A stretch of 8,089 nucleotides of DNA, taken from a virus. Its lineage: Duplodnaviria; Heunggongvirae; Uroviricota; Caudoviricetes. Under the pieces are notes generated by a model. The model made no database searches and had not been told where the DNA came from. It saw only the letters and a list, made by a program, of their open reading frames with translations. A program made the position numbers and the translations under genes. Location: the IMG/VR virus record IMGVR_UViG_2558860290_000019; one strand, 5' to 3'. Positions 6,627-8,089 of this stretch are shown here, one piece after another (within the stretch, counting starts at the first letter, position 1; the number at the start of each line of letters is the position of its first letter).

Positions 6627-7789
6627 TGCTGGATGCGCTGACATTTGATGCAGGCAGTACACTGACGCCGGATTATATGCTGATGCTCGACAGCAGGGAT
6701 ATTACCGGCAATATCAGCGACCGTCTGATGAGCATGACCCTGACGGATAACCGGGGCTTTGAGGCTGACCAGCTTGATATTGAACTGAATGATGCCGACG
6801 GGCAGGTCGGGCTGCCGGTTCGTGGCGCTGTCCTGACGGTGTATATCGGCTGGAAAGGTTTTGCCCTGGTATGCAAAGGGAAATTTACCGTTGATGAGGT
6901 CGAACACCGGGGCGCGCCGGATGTGGTCACCATCCGCGCCCGGAGTGCAGATTTTCGCGGGACGCTCAATTCCCGCCGTGAAGGCTCCTGGCATGACACC
7001 ACGCTCGGTGCGATTGTTGAGGCGATAGCCTCCCGTAACAGGCTGGAAGCCAGTGTCGCGCCGTCACTGGCAGGAATTAAAATCCCGCACATCGACCAGT
7101 CGCAGGAGTCCGACGCGAAATTCCTGACCCGTCTTGCAGAACGCAACGGCGGTGAGGTGTCGGTAAAAATGGGAAAACTGTTGTTTCTCAAAGCGGGGCA
7201 GGGGGTGACGGCCAGTGGTAAAAAAATCCCGCAGGTCACCATAACCCGCAGCGACGGCGACCGCCATCATTTTGCGATTGCTGACCGTGGAGCCTATACC
7301 GGCGTAACGGCAAAGTGGTTACACACCAAAGACCCGAAGCCGCAAAAGCAGAAGGTAAAACTGAAACGCAAAAAGAAAGAGAAACACCTGCGCGCACTGG
7401 AGCACCCGAAAGCGAAACCGGTCAGGCAGAAGAAAGCGCCTAAAGTACCGGAAGCGCGCGAAGGTGAATACATGGCCGGTGAGGCTGACAACGTTTTTGC
7501 CCTGACCACGGTATATGCCACAAAAGCGCAGGCCATGCGCGCCGCTCAGGCGAAGTGGGATAAACTGCAACGGGGCGTTGCGGAGTTCTCCATCAGCCTG
7601 GCTACCGGTCGGGCAGATATTTACACGGAAACACCGGTCAAAGTGTCTGGCTTTAAGCGCGTCATAGACGAGCAGGACTGGACAATCACTAAGGTGACAC
7701 ACTTTCTGAATAATTCCGGCTTCACGACGTCCTTAGAGCTTGAGGTCAGGCTTTCTGATGTGGAGTACGAAACAGAAGATGATGAGTGA
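6626..7789 (+). CDS. D: Tail protein gpD (P2 late control gene D family, baseplate hub-like)
   Basis: 387-codon ORF whose ATG overlaps the U stop (TAATG, 6624..6628), suggesting translational coupling. Size and position match P2 gpD. Contains a lysine-rich low-complexity segment (7325..7468). Confidence 0.88.
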   Translation: MLDALTFDAGSTLTPDYMLMLDSRDITGNISDRLMSMTLTDNRGFEADQLDIELNDADGQVGLPVRGAVLTVYIGWKGFALVCKGKFTVDEVEHRGAPDVVTIRARSADFRGTLNSRREGSWHDTTLGAIVEAIASRNRLEASVAPSLAGIKIPHIDQSQESDAKFLTRLAERNGGEVSVKMGKLLFLKAGQGVTASGKKIPQVTITRSDGDRHHFAIADRGAYTGVTAKWLHTKDPKPQKQKVKLKRKKKEKHLRALEHPKAKPVRQKKAPKVPEAREGEYMAGEADNVFALTTVYATKAQAMRAAQAKWDKLQRGVAEFSISLATGRADIYTETPVKVSGFKRVIDEQDWTITKVTHFLNNSGFTTSLELEVRLSDVEYETEDDE

Positions 7790-7807
7790 TGTTTTTATTT
7801 TATCTGT

Positions 7808-7836
7808 TTGTTTTATAAGGATAAATTAACTAAAAT
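7808..7836 (+). promoter_or_regulatory. Candidate sigma70 promoter for ogr: -35 TTGTTT (7808..7813), 17-nt spacer, -10 TAAAAT (7831..7836)
   Basis: Hexamers and spacing read directly from the AT-rich D-ogr intergenic region. The predicted start site at about 7843 would give a roughly 28-nt leader containing AAGAGG (7857..7862). Confidence 0.35.
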
Positions 7837-7870
7837 GGCACCATCAACAAAACCGGAAGAGGTGCTCGCG

Positions 7871-8089
7871 ATGTTTCATTGTCCTTTATGCCAGCATGCC
7901 GCACATGCGCGTACAAGTCGCTATATCACTGACACGACAAAAGAGCGTTATCACCAGTGCCAGAACGTGAATTGCAGCGCCACGTTCATCACTTATGAGT
8001 CGGTACAGCGATACATCGTGAAGCCGGGAGAAGTCCACGCCGTAAGACCGCACCCGTTGCCGTCAGGGCAGCAAATTATGTGGATGTAA
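7871..8089 (+). CDS. ogr: Ogr, zinc-finger transcriptional activator of late genes (Ogr/Delta family)
   Basis: 72-codon ORF MFHCPLCQHAAHARTSRYITDTTKERYHQCQNVNCSATF..., with the Cys-x2-Cys ... Cys-x4-Cys zinc-binding pattern. AAGAGG lies 8 nt upstream of ATG 7871. The track's longer ORF from TTG 7808 is rejected because it lacks an RBS and would run through the promoter-like region. The stop TAA is at 8087..8089, the window edge. Confidence 0.9.
   Translation: MFHCPLCQHAAHARTSRYITDTTKERYHQCQNVNCSATFITYESVQRYIVKPGEVHAVRPHPLPSGQQIMWM

Noticed and set aside
6536-7702. Minus-strand ORFs within U and D (6536..6994, 6673..7242, 7064..7270, 7294..7536, 7319..7702)
   Set aside because: Antisense to well-supported U and D. 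Those at 7294..7702 arise from the purine-rich lysine-codon tract of D.
7808-7870. N-terminal extension of ogr from TTG 7808 (93-aa track ORF)
   Set aside because: The extension has no RBS and would overlap the promoter-like AT-rich region. The ATG at 7871 has AAGAGG 8 nt upstream and gives the 72-aa Ogr with its zinc finger near the N-terminus.
1-8089. CRISPR arrays, tRNA/rRNA genes, IS elements and att sites
   Set aside because: No direct-repeat/spacer periodicity, no cloverleaf-like tRNA structure and no transposase-like ORF were seen. The attachment site and integrase of P2-like phages lie beyond ogr, outside this window.

Overview
This window is the right-hand end of the late (tail) region of a P2-like temperate phage or prophage from an enterobacterium. 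It opens with an AT-rich, minus-strand gene for an acyltransferase-family-3 membrane protein (1..1152, alternative start 1170), sitting in the slot that P2 uses for its Z/fun lysogenic-conversion gene. The plus strand then carries the FETUD tail operon in P2 order: FI sheath (1484..2674), FII tube (2687..3205), E with its overlapping E' frame (3262..3691), tape-measure T (3684..6132), U (6147..6626) and D (6626..7789), followed by the zinc-finger late activator ogr (7871..8089). Two things stand out beyond the cargo gene. The tape-measure gene is broken into two ORFs by what looks like one extra A in an A6 run (4716..4721). The E' frame is +1 relative to E, not the -1 expected from the T_TTT_TTG slippery site, and an A7 run (3545..3551) sits exactly where a one-base difference would reconcile them. 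No rRNA, tRNA, CRISPR array or transposase is visible. All family assignments rest on recognising protein motifs and P2 gene order and sizes from memory; no database search was possible.
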